NCBI GenBank assembly: GCA_036172245.1
Contig: JAYWIR010000083.1
Location: 298,696-318,695, forward strand
Direction: 5' to 3'
DNA length: 20,000 nucleotides
Source of the DNA: Raillietiella orientalis
Taxonomy: Eukaryota
Shown here: one piece after another, positions 1 through 9,022 of the stretch
How positions within the stretch are numbered: position 1 is the stretch's first letter
Layout of the letters: each line of letters opens with the position of its first letter
Made by a program: the position numbers and the translations under genes
The notes under the pieces: generated by a model
Seen by the model: the letters and a program-made list of their open reading frames with translations, nothing else
Databases searched by the model: none
Told to the model about the DNA's origin: nothing

Positions 1-214
1 TCTTTAATAAAAAAATAAACAAGCAAGTGTAGGGCTATCTCCCCTACAGTGTTCAGAACATGTTCTTCTGAACTCGCCGAGTGGGCAGCACGCAGGCTCC
101 CAAGGTCGACTCGGCAGCGGAGGGGGAAGGGACAAATAGAAAAAAAGAAGAAAACACTATTTACAAAAGCAGGGAGGGGTTGGGGAGGGGATTACGTTCC
201 GCTGGAGACGTCCT
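1..214 (-). promoter_or_regulatory. E1 3'UTR with three stem-loops and an ATTAAA signal
   Basis: Inverted repeats TGTAGGG/CCCTACA (28-34/42-48), GTTCAGAA/TTCTGAAC (51-58/66-73) and GCCGAGT/ACTCGGC (76-82/109-115), with a C-rich then U-rich tract after the stop. Confidence 0.7.
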
Positions 215-3200
215 TTACATCCTTTGCAGGATGCCGGCAAGTTCAATCTGCATGTGTCCCAGATGGGTCCATCTGGCTGCCGTCCTCAAGAAGCGCAGGG
301 CGTAGCACAAGATGTCCCTATCGTTCGGTCCATAAGTGGCGGTGCTCCAAGCCGCTACAATCCCTCGTAGGCAGCAGAGGGCTGCAAGGGCTGCGGCAGG
401 CGAAAGGGCGTCGCGCACGAAGAGGCGCTTTAAAACGTCTCTGGGAGCGTGCAAGGGTGCACCAACGGCTGTTGCAAAGCGCAACCACAGGGGCCGGAGA
501 GCAACACAGTCAACGAGCAGGTGCGGGAGAGTTTCTCGTTCCCCGCACCTGACACAGTTTGGGTCCACAACCCCCCTCGTCCAATGAGAGCGGCGGGCGT
601 TGCTGGGGAGTCCCCAGTGCAACACCAGGAACGCCGACTCCTGCCACTTTAGGGGAAGGGCCCGAGTATTCCTCAGCACTGGCGGCCACTCGAGTTCATC
701 CCGCGGGATGCACAGCAGCTCGCCCCAGCGCAACAGTCCTCTCGGTGGGTAACTTGGGATCGCGGCATCAGCAAGCTGACCCGTGGTCCAACCACCTTGT
801 TCTTTCTCAGTGTCTCTGATCGTACACCGGACCTCCCACATGGCCGGCTGGCTACTGCCCAGATGTTCTTTGAGGTGGGACAGAGCTGTGGCAAGGGAGG
901 TCTTCTCAGCCCACGCACTCAAGGCGGGCTGCACGATGATGTCCTGCAGCGTGCGGCTCTTATGATAGGAGTGCAGCATTCGCTGCCGCAACTCCGGGCT
1001 CGCTTTCTCGATCTGCGCCCACGTGCGAAGGCTTTCCTGCAACCAGGAAGTGCCGTTCGCGGGCCGGCAGGAGATCCAGGTGTTCTTCCTGGTCAGCTTC
1101 GCCACTCGCCGAAGAGCCAGTCCGCAGTGGAACAGGTACCGGCGTTTGCGGCGCGCTAGGAAGGTAGACAGTCCCGCGCAGCCGCCGACTCGCTGAACCA
1201 GGCATCGTGCAGGTTCGCACCAGCTGGCGCTCCACAACTTCGCCACTTGGGCGATTGTTCGGAACTGCAGCTGCAGTTCGAGACGCTCCAGCGTGAGGAG
1301 GCCAAGGCCCCCATCGCGACGAGGGGCGCACAAGTCCTTCCAACGCGCGCGGGGCCTTCCTCTGCCCCAGATGGCGATTCTGAGGAGGTCCTTTGTACGT
1401 GTTCTCACACCACGGGGTGGGGGACAAACAAAAAGCAAGGAGCGAAACAGGGGGGCCACGAAAGTGTTCCACAGCACGGCCCGTTCCGGCAAGAAGAACT
1501 TGCCATCCAGGAACGGGCCGATCGCTCTCTCGGCCTTTTGGAGGCAGCAAGACCATTGTTCCGCTGGGGAGTAGTCCCCCAACGGCACACCGAGGTACTT
1601 AAGGTACCGTACCGTGGGGATCCCCAAGCGAGACCAGTCTAGCTGCCCTGCCCACGAGGAACCGACTGCAACAACGGACGACTTTGCTCTGTTCACCTCC
1701 AGTCCTGTCCCGCGACGCAGCAGCTCGAAAAAGTTTTCGACCGCCGACGCCGGGGTGGACATGGGGAGCAGCAGCAGAAGATCGTCCGCATACGCCGCCA
1801 AGGCCGGTGTACCTGGGCACACGCGCGGCAGGCGACCAAGAGTCTCCCTGAATGCCCTCAGCACCAACTCGAAGTAGGTGCTGAAGAGCAAGGGGCTCAA
1901 GCTCTCACCCTGCCGTATCCCGCGGCGCACCGGCACACCGAACACGTTCCTTCCCCTGAAAGAAATGTTGGTCAGCGCGTCGCGCCAGCAAGAGCGCAGA
2001 AAGGCCAATAAGGAGGCCGGGAAGCCCAAGCGCTCCAGACGCTCCAGCAGGAGCTCCTGGTCGACACTGTCGAATGCTTTCCGCAAATCGACAGCGACCG
2101 CGAGGGCCCCTTCTCTCTCCCGACTATTCCGCGAACCACCAGCGGACGTCCCGCAAATCGGGCTGCCGACCTTGTTTCCTCCATTCATTCTGGTTCTTTG
2201 AAGTTCGAACCAGGTGTTCGCGAAGAGCAGGTTGGCGTCCATGCTTCGCCCGGGAACAGCGTAGGTCTGCTCCGGGCTGATGAAGCTTTCCGCCACTAGC
2301 CCCATTCGCTCCGACCATAGCTTCGCAACCAGCTTGGCGTTCGCGTTCAGTACGGTAATCGGACGCCAATTGCTGAGGTTCCGTAAGTCTCCTCCTTTCG
2401 GTAGGAGACGCATACGTGCCGATGGGAAGGAGGCGGGAACGTCTCCTGTCTCCCGGATCAGCAGCGTTAGCCGCTGCACCAGGGGAGCCAGCTCCGCCGC
2501 GAAGCACTGAATAAACTCCGCGGGCAGGCCGTCTTCCCCCGGTGACTTCCGCCTTTTGAGCTTCCCGATTGCGGTGATGATTTCACCCATCGTGAAAGGC
2601 TCGTCCAGGCGTACTCTCTCTTCTTCCCCGATCGCCGGGGCACCGTCCGGAAGCAAAAATTGGGAAAATTCCCGGTCCGGAGGCACCCTGGTGTACAGGG
2701 AAGAATAATAGCCGCGCACTAGGCTACTCACCTCTGCCGGGGCCGAGTGCTCTTGGCCTTCGTCGTCCAGCAGGCTGGGCGACCCCGATTGCCAGGCCTG
2801 CCGCTCGGCCCCGGCTTTAAATTCCGCCAGTCTTCGGACGTCTGGTGTTCGGGAGTAACGACGGGCCTGCAGGTAAGCCCTATCGTTCCGAACACCTTCT
2901 CCAACTCCTTTCGGGAGACGGTCCATGGGGAACTGTTGGCAGAACTCTCGCACCGAGACTTTCAAATCGTCCCAGTCGTCGAGCGTCTGCAGGCTGAAAC
3001 CTCGCAAGAACGCGCGGAGGTGTTCCGCTGCGCCTGGCTTGGTCAGCCAGTCCCCCGGTCGACGCCACGCCTGCGCGGGGGGCCCCCTGTCGCGCGGGCG
3101 AATGACGAGTTCCACACGGGAGTGGTCGGAGACTGCGGACTGTATCTTACCTCGCCTGCCCACGCGACAGCGCAGGTGATCGTCGAGGAAGACGTGGTCC

Positions 3201-3781
3201 ACGCTCCGTTCCATCCCGGTATCCCCGGCTAACAAGTTGGATGCGTGCACCGCAGCGCACATCTCGTTAACCATGGTGGCCTCTGTCCTCGCCGCACCTG
3301 ATAGCAGGCGAATATTAAAATCGCCGGCTATCAGGTGCGCCGTGCGCGCGCCTGCCTCCGACAGCCAGTCGCGCTTGAACGCACGAAAAAACGCCGTCCG
3401 TGCCACGCGCGCGTGACCGCCGCTCGGCGCGTACACGTTCGTGACGACGAGATTGATGGAGTCGGACCACCTGAAGGTGATTTGCCCGACCCGACCTGCC
3501 TCATCGAAACGAACTTTCCGCACCGCGCGTTGTAAGGCAGGCTTCAGAAGGAAAGCGACCCCGCGCGTACGGCGGTGGCCGCATCGCCACATAAGCTGAC
3601 CACCTGCTATCCGTTCGATCTCCCGCGCATGTTCTGCGGAAATCTCATGGATCTCCTGCAGCAGCACGAAGTCGAAGGCTTGCAAGGTGGCAGCTATGTC
3701 TCGTCTCCTGCCGTCATTGCAAAGCCCGTTGACGTTCCAGCTGGCGATGCGTATTTGACGGCAGGTGGCGAGTCCCGGCAT
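215..3781 (-). CDS. E1 ORF2: APE endonuclease + reverse transcriptase + C-terminal CCHC (zf-RVT-like), 1188 aa
   Basis: EN motifs SWNVNGL, LLQE, NVYAP, GDFN, SVDH, SDH. RT motifs KSPGEDG, NWRPITVLN, DLRKAFDSVD, GIRQGESLSPLLF, YADD, KYLGV. Also GGLGL and C-terminal CVRC...ETLPHLLVDC. Confidence 0.97.
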   Translation of the reverse strand: MPGLATCRQIRIASWNVNGLCNDGRRRDIAATLQAFDFVLLQEIHEISAEHAREIERIAGGQLMWRCGHRRTRGVAFLLKPALQRAVRKVRFDEAGRVGQITFRWSDSINLVVTNVYAPSGGHARVARTAFFRAFKRDWLSEAGARTAHLIAGDFNIRLLSGAARTEATMVNEMCAAVHASNLLAGDTGMERSVDHVFLDDHLRCRVGRRGKIQSAVSDHSRVELVIRPRDRGPPAQAWRRPGDWLTKPGAAEHLRAFLRGFSLQTLDDWDDLKVSVREFCQQFPMDRLPKGVGEGVRNDRAYLQARRYSRTPDVRRLAEFKAGAERQAWQSGSPSLLDDEGQEHSAPAEVSSLVRGYYSSLYTRVPPDREFSQFLLPDGAPAIGEEERVRLDEPFTMGEIITAIGKLKRRKSPGEDGLPAEFIQCFAAELAPLVQRLTLLIRETGDVPASFPSARMRLLPKGGDLRNLSNWRPITVLNANAKLVAKLWSERMGLVAESFISPEQTYAVPGRSMDANLLFANTWFELQRTRMNGGNKVGSPICGTSAGGSRNSREREGALAVAVDLRKAFDSVDQELLLERLERLGFPASLLAFLRSCWRDALTNISFRGRNVFGVPVRRGIRQGESLSPLLFSTYFELVLRAFRETLGRLPRVCPGTPALAAYADDLLLLLPMSTPASAVENFFELLRRGTGLEVNRAKSSVVAVGSSWAGQLDWSRLGIPTVRYLKYLGVPLGDYSPAEQWSCCLQKAERAIGPFLDGKFFLPERAVLWNTFVAPLFRSLLFVCPPPRGVRTRTKDLLRIAIWGRGRPRARWKDLCAPRRDGGLGLLTLERLELQLQFRTIAQVAKLWSASWCEPARCLVQRVGGCAGLSTFLARRKRRYLFHCGLALRRVAKLTRKNTWISCRPANGTSWLQESLRTWAQIEKASPELRQRMLHSYHKSRTLQDIIVQPALSAWAEKTSLATALSHLKEHLGSSQPAMWEVRCTIRDTEKEQGGWTTGQLADAAIPSYPPRGLLRWGELLCIPRDELEWPPVLRNTRALPLKWQESAFLVLHWGLPSNARRSHWTRGVVDPNCVRCGERETLPHLLVDCVALRPLWLRFATAVGAPLHAPRDVLKRLFVRDALSPAAALAALCCLRGIVAAWSTATYGPNDRDILCYALRFLRTAARWTHLGHMQIELAGILQRM

Positions 3782-5382
3782 TACTGCTGGGAAAGTGATG
3801 CTGCGTCTCCCGCCTCACCTAGGGGCGGGACGCCGGCTTTCTCCTGTGCGGTGGGGGGCGGCTCGACGACCCCCTCCGTCTCCATCGGCTCCGTCTCGAC
3901 CGATCGTGGGAGTTCAGGACTCGTGTCCATCTCTCCCACGCTCGCCGCACCCTCGTTTCCGGAGGATTCCTCTTCCTCGGAGGAGACGATCCTCCTCGGG
4001 TTACGGATTTTCCTTCCGGTCTTCCTCGGGGGTGCAGATGCGGATGGTGCGTGTCCGGTCTCCGGGTCCGAGTCCGAGGTCCCGTTCCCCCTCCTCTCGG
4101 CCGGACGTCGAACGGCCTTCTTCCCGACCTTTGCGAGAGGCTGCTGACTGGCGGCGAGCTCGGCGGCGGCTTTTGCAAAGCCCGCGTCATCGCGGCTCTC
4201 CCCCTCGCCGCAGCCCTCGGACGCTGTTTGCACAGCGACGGGGCTGTCAGCGTTGTTGCACACGGCAACGTCCTGTTCGCACGGCACTTCGGCGTCTGCA
4301 AGGCGCTCCAGTGCGACCGTGCATTTTTTCAGTCCCTGCTTTTTCGCGGGTTTCGCGGCTTTTGCAGGGACTTTATTTTTATTATTTACGTCCTTTTTTT
4401 CTTTCTTTTTCTTTGGACTGACCTTTTGCCAGCCAGGCTCTTCTCCTTCCACCTCGGTTGCCTGCGTTTCTGCAGACGGGGTGGTCGGGATGCCCTTTTT
4501 GGCTGGCTCCGGGTCAACCGTATTTTCAGACGGCGGCCTGGTCTTGCCAGGCTTCTTGCTCGCGTTCGTGCCGCTCACGGCAGCAGCCGGCGCGCGCGAA
4601 GTCTTTTTGGGGCACACCTCTTCCGTGTGCCCGATTGCCTCGCACTTGCGGCAGGTGATGTTGGGGCAGCGTTTCTTCACGTGCCCCGTACCATCACAAA
4701 ACGCACAGTATTTGGGTTTCCCCAGATACCAGATGTCGACAGAATCTCCGTCGACTACTAGTTTATGGGGAACCTCAATGTCCTTATTCACAGTCACACG
4801 TGCCGCGGCGAGTCCGCTCAGGAGTCCGTCATAAGTACGGAACCTGTTCGGCTTCAGCCACAGCGCGTGTATGGTGCCGAATTTGCTGAGTTGAGCCCTG
4901 ACGGCGCTCGGTGACATCCGCACGGTGATTCCACGGAGGTGGAGAACTATTGAGTTGTCCACCGGGACAGGGAAGATCTGGCGGCCCTCGACCCTGACGG
5001 GGGTTCGCAGCAGTCTTTGCGCCAACCCTGCTTCTTTGCAGGTCAACTCGACATGCTGTCCCCCGCTGCGGATGGAGAGACCCAGCAGATCCTCCTTGTT
5101 AACGTTCAAACGGTGGAGCTCCTTCTCGAAGGAGCGCGCCCCACGGTCATCAAACACCCGGCCTACCTTATACAGCAGACTCGGGTTGTAGTTGTAGGCC
5201 TTGTAGGCCTGGGCCTCGGCGATGGCCGCTGCAGATGGCGCGGCGACCGCGGCGCTGTAGTCCCTCGCCGGCGCGGGGGACGAAGCTTTCGGGGCAGGTG
5301 CCCCTATCTCCATGGGTACGGGGGACGTTCGCCCGGCCCCCACCCCACATTCACTAGTGGCGGGATCAGGCATTTCTGCCAT
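3781..5382 (-). CDS. E1 ORF1: gag-like nucleic-acid-binding protein, 533 aa (start MAEMPDP)
   Basis: Two CX2CX4HX4C knuckles (CAFCDGTGHVKKRC, CRKCEAIGHTEEVC; 4612-4707) after an RRM-like region, followed by a K/E/P-rich low-complexity tail. Start chosen by homology to MAEMPED/MAAMPED in E3, E5 and E7. Confidence 0.9.
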   Translation of the reverse strand: MAEMPDPATSECGVGAGRTSPVPMEIGAPAPKASSPAPARDYSAAVAAPSAAAIAEAQAYKAYNYNPSLLYKVGRVFDDRGARSFEKELHRLNVNKEDLLGLSIRSGGQHVELTCKEAGLAQRLLRTPVRVEGRQIFPVPVDNSIVLHLRGITVRMSPSAVRAQLSKFGTIHALWLKPNRFRTYDGLLSGLAAARVTVNKDIEVPHKLVVDGDSVDIWYLGKPKYCAFCDGTGHVKKRCPNITCRKCEAIGHTEEVCPKKTSRAPAAAVSGTNASKKPGKTRPPSENTVDPEPAKKGIPTTPSAETQATEVEGEEPGWQKVSPKKKKEKKDVNNKNKVPAKAAKPAKKQGLKKCTVALERLADAEVPCEQDVAVCNNADSPVAVQTASEGCGEGESRDDAGFAKAAAELAASQQPLAKVGKKAVRRPAERRGNGTSDSDPETGHAPSASAPPRKTGRKIRNPRRIVSSEEEESSGNEGAASVGEMDTSPELPRSVETEPMETEGVVEPPPTAQEKAGVPPLGEAGDAASLSQQ

Positions 5383-5455
5383 CCCCCGACCACTGATGCA
5401 CCGCACTACACCAATAAAGTCGAGCGAGTCAGGAGCGCGCAGAGAACACGTCTGA

Positions 5456-5905
5456 CCGTCGTCGCTGCTGGTGTTGCATTGGGGACTTCCTTGCAACGCC
5501 CGCCGACACCACTGGACGCGGGGGGGTGTCAACCCTAATTGTGGCAGGTGCGGGGAGAGGGAATACCTCCCCCACCTGTTAGTGGTTTGTGTTGCCCTCC
5601 GTCCCTTGTGGGAACGCTTTGCCGCAGCCCTGGGGATCCCCGGAGGCAACCCCAGAGACGCTTTGCGCCCCCTCTTCGTCCGTGACGCCCTGCCTCCAGC
5701 GGCCTCGCTTGCAGCCCTGTGCTGCCTACGCGGGATCGTCGTGGCATGGAGCAAAGCGACGGGAGGATCCAGCGACAGGGATGCCAACGTGTATGCCTCC
5801 CGTTTCCTCAGGATGGCGACGCGATGGCCCCATCTGGAACCGCACACGCAGAAGCAGCTTGCCGGCATCCTCCAGAGTATGACGGACCCTCCCAGCAGAC
5901 TGTGA
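5456..5905 (+). pseudogene. E2 ORF2 C-terminal remnant (CCHC region)
   Basis: ORF-track 5471..5905 peptide aligns with the last ~140 aa of E1 ORF2; no N-terminal part is present. Confidence 0.88.
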
Positions 5906-6121
5906 TCCCTTTCCGCTCCCTCCCTGATTTTTGTTTATTTTTTTGTTTTCTTTTTGTTTCGTTCCCCCTCCCCTCTGCTGCCGAGGTCGACCGCGCCGGT
6001 CTGCGCACCGGTAGCCCGGCAGGCTATATCTTTCCAGGGCGTGGCTGGACTACTGGTGCAGTCACAGATTATATAGGTTTATTCGTGAGAATAAAGGTCC
6101 TGGCGCTCACGGGTTTCAAGC
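5456..6121 (+). mobile_element. E2: 3' fragment of a related element (ORF2 C-terminus + 3'UTR)
   Basis: LLVLHWGLPCNARRHHW...CGRCGEREYLPHLLVVC is homologous to the E1 ORF2 end; stop at 5903-5905, T-rich UTR, AATAAA at 6090-6095. Very similar to the 3' end of E6. Confidence 0.9.
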
Positions 6122-6922
6122 GAGATTCCGGAGGGTGACGCCTCTCAGGAATTCGCGAAGGTGTTCCTTCGCATCTGAGAGGCGCGTCCAGTCCCCAGGC
6201 AACCGCCACGCCCTGGACGGGGATCCGTTGTCGCGCGGGCACACCTCGAATATCAATTTGGAATGGTCAGACAGTTTCGACGCAACTTTCCCCCGTTTGC
6301 CGACCCGCGAGCACTGGTCGACGTCCAGGAAGACGTGGTCGATGCTGCTGACCATTTCCGGGAGTTCCCCTAACAAGTTGCGCGTGCGCATGGCAGCGCA
6401 CAACTCGTTAGCCGTCCGTTCCTGTGTGCGTGGCTCACCTGATAGCAGGCGGAGATTCAAGTCTCCCGCTATCAGGTGAGCCACGCGCACGTTCGCTTCC
6501 ACCAGCCAGTCGTGCTTCAGGGTTTCCAGGAACGCCGCGCGTTCCCGGTACCTGTTATAACCGCTCGGGGCGTATACGTTTGTTACGACGAGGTCGATTG
6601 TGTCGGACCATGTGAGAATCAGCTAGCCGACACGACGGGCTTCGTCAAAGCGCACGCCCTTCAAGGCAGCGTCGACCGCCGGCTTCATGAAAAACGCGAC
6701 GCCGCAGGTGTATCGGGTGCCGCATTGCCACACCAGCCGCCCCCCTGCGATCCTCTCGATCTCCTGGGCGTTCTCCCCGGTGATCACGTGGATCTCCTGC
6801 AGGACTGCCTGGTCGAAGTCACGCAGGGTGGCTGCCGTGTCCCGTCTGTTGCTGTCGTTGCGCAGCCCGTGGACGTTCCAACATGCCACACGCAATCGAC
6901 GACGACAGGCGAGCCCAGGTGT
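6122..6922 (-). pseudogene. E3 ORF2 N-terminal APE endonuclease (truncated, one stop)
   Basis: CWNVHGL, VLQEIH, NVYAPS, GDLN, SIDH, SDH; TAG at 6623-6625; no RT. Confidence 0.9.
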
Positions 6923-8936
6923 TATTCCCGGGAAAGTGGCAATGGGGCTCCCGCCACCTGGTCGGGCGGGACGGATGGAGGCATGGGGGCACCGTTCAGC
7001 GGTTCTCTTACTTCCATGGGGGCCGATTCCTCGGCGGACCGCAACGGTTGAAGGGAGCATGCTTCACGCACCTCCATCCCCTCTTCCATGGGGGCCGATT
7101 CCTAGGCTGCGTTGACGGCAGGGGGGAGCGGTTCTCAGCTATCTGCTCCCCCTCTTCCATGACCATCTCCGCAGGCTCCACCGGTGGAAGGGGGAGGCAA
7201 TGCCCTACCTGCTCCCCCTCCTCCATGGGGGTGGCCGGCTGCTCGGTGGCGGAGGGTGGGAAAATTTCTCCCTCCGTTCCCACGCTGCCGGCTTCCCCCT
7301 CGGCTGCCGGTGCGTCCCCCTCGCTCTTCGTCGGGATGCGCCTCTTGGGATTCTTGGACTTCCGTCCAGTCTTCTTCGGAGGCGCCTCCGTGGAGGACGC
7401 ACTTCCGGCATCCGGGTCGTGGTCACCTGTCGGAGATGCCCTGGTCGCGGCCGGCCTTCGCAAGGCCTTTCGCGCGCCGTTCTCACGGTCGGCGAGTTCG
7501 GCCGCGAGCTCTTCCTCCGCCTGCTGGAAGGCGGCCTCGTCGATCTTGGCGAGCGCGTCGCGCGGTTCCCCCTCTGTTTGCACAAAGGGTTCGCCTTCCG
7601 TGATCGCGTTATCGTCGGCATCGACGCGGGGGATATCTCCCCCGGTGGCGGTCTCGGGTACCTCCACACGCTCCAAAGCGACCGAACATTCGCGGAGCAA
7701 CGCGCGGCGTTGTCTCCTATTAAAAGGAGACGTCGCGGGTTTCGCTGTCTACCCTTCGGTTTTCTTGGTTTTCTTGGCTTTAGGCTTCGCCTTCTGCCAG
7801 CCTTCGCTCTTTTCAGCGTCGTCGGTAGATTCCACGACCGGCGTTTGCTGCACGGGCTCGGGCTCCGGTTGTGGGTTCCGTCTCACGGGTGCCTTCGCAG
7901 GCTTTTCCGTAGCCCCCGCGCGTTTTTCTTTGGCCTTTTTCAAGGCAGCGGGAGCCGGGGGTTCGCGCTTCGGGCACACTTTGCGGAGGTGGCCCTTCTC
8001 TCCACAGTGGAAACACTGGATGTGAGGGCACCGCTTTTTCAGGTGCCCTGTGGAATCACAGTGTCCACAGTACTTGGGCTTGCCCACGTACCAGACGTCG
8101 ACGGTCTCGTTGCCGACGTCTAGTTTGTGGAGTAGCCCACCGTTTTCGTGGACGGTTACACGCGCACCAGCCATGCCACTAAACAGTCTTCCGTAACTCT
8201 GGAAGACGTTGGGCTTGGTCCATAGCGCGTGAACCGTTCCGTGTTTTCCGAGTTCCTCCTGCACGTCGGCTTTCGACATGCGGAGGGTGACTCCCGTGAG
8301 GTGCGTCACCACGGAGCGATCCTCCGTTACCGGGAAAACCTTTCGGCCTTCCAGTGTGATTGGCGTATTCAGGAGGTGTTGAGCAAGGCTTGCATTTCTG
8401 CAAGTCAGCTCCACACGCTGACCACCACTCAACACGGAAAGACCTTCCAGGTCTTCCTCTTTTACGTTCAACCGCTGCAACTCCCTTTCGAAGTTGCGAG
8501 CGGTGTTCCCCACAAACAGATTGCCTACCTTGTATATAAGGGACGGCTTCTATCTCTGCTCCAGGTAGGCTTTCTGCTCGGCGAGGGCTGCAGGAGATGG
8601 GGCTGCAGCCACTGAACTCCAGGTCTTCGGCGATGCCGAAGACGCATTCGAGGGTGCAGGTGCCCCCTTCTTCAAGGAGGCGGTTGCGCCCTTTTCCAGG
8701 GTTGCGGTTGTCCTCTTTTTCAAGGGGGCGGTTGCACCCTGTTCCAGCGGGGCTTTTGCGTCCTTTTTCAAGGGGGCCTTTGCCCTTGCTTCCGAGGCTG
8801 CGGTTGCCCCCTTTTTCAGGAGTGCGGCTGCCGTAGCCTCCGTGGGGGCGGTTGCCCCCACCTCCGTGGGTTGGGGAGAGGAGCAAGCCTCTCCCCCTCC
8901 TATATCCATCGCGGTGTCCTCAGGCATTTCTGCCAT
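6922..8936 (-). pseudogene. E3 ORF1 (disrupted)
   Basis: MAEMPED start; knuckles CGHCDSTGHLKKRC and CFHCGEKGHLRKVC; in-frame TAG at 8550-8552 and 7749-7751; frameshift near 7110; homologous TAA at 6924-6922. Confidence 0.88.
8653..8868. repeat. Nine degenerate 24-bp tandem units (8-aa repeat, approx. LKKGATAP) in the E3 ORF1 N-terminus
   Basis: Units such as GAGGCGGTTGCGCCCTTTTCCAGG, GTTGCGGTTGTCCTCTTTTTCAAG and GGGGCGGTTGCACCCTGTTCCAGC at an exact 24-bp period. Confidence 0.85.
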
Positions 8937-9022
8937 TGGACACCGCAGATGCTATACACACAAACACAATCGAAACCAAACGCTTTACACCAGGCGCGGA
9001 GGAGCGCTAGAAAAACACGTCG

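Larger units (their letters stand above)
1..5455 (-). mobile_element. E1: near full-length, apparently intact L1/Tx1-like non-LTR retrotransposon (3' end cut by the window edge)
   Basis: Short 5'UTR starting at a GACGTGTT motif (5452), uninterrupted ORF1 (5382-3781) and ORF2 (3781-215), and a pyrimidine-rich 3'UTR with hairpins and ATTAAA (8-3). No LTRs. Confidence 0.93.
6122..9022 (-). mobile_element. E3: element with 5'UTR, ORF1 and EN, broken in the EN-RT linker
   Basis: GACGTGTTTTTC at 9021-9010, ORF1 from 8936, EN from 6922, ending at GVTLRNL (6122) against the 3' end of E2. Confidence 0.9.

Noticed and set aside
28..120. Self-cleaving ribozyme in the UTR hairpins
   Set aside because: I could not identify a hammerhead core or an HDV-like nested pseudoknot by eye; a covariance-model search would be needed.
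215..3781. Prokaryotic RT system (retron, group II intron, DGR, CRISPR-RT) or LTR element
   Set aside because: The APE-RT-CCHC order with a gag-like ORF1 and AATAAA is that of a eukaryotic LINE; no LTR, protease, integrase or spacer array is seen.
5383..5868. 162-aa N-terminal extension of E1 ORF1 in the ORF track (695 aa)
   Set aside because: It is the 5'UTR plus the antisense of the E2 ORF2 fragment; homologous ORF1s start at MAEMP/MAAMP.
6122..6135. Universal target consensus GA(A/T)TC 2-3 nt beyond 3' junctions (E2, E6, E4)
   Set aside because: There are only three examples, two of them the same site, and the E1 flank does not fit; too weak to claim.
6883..8123. Long plus-strand ORFs (380 and 307 aa), likewise 12361-13674 (-) and 3575-4834 (+)
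   Set aside because: Antisense shadows of GC-rich ORF1/EN with no recognisable motifs and no conserved start or stop between copies.
8653..8868. CRISPR-like array
   Set aside because: The units are contiguous, degenerate, in-frame coding repeats with no unique spacers.
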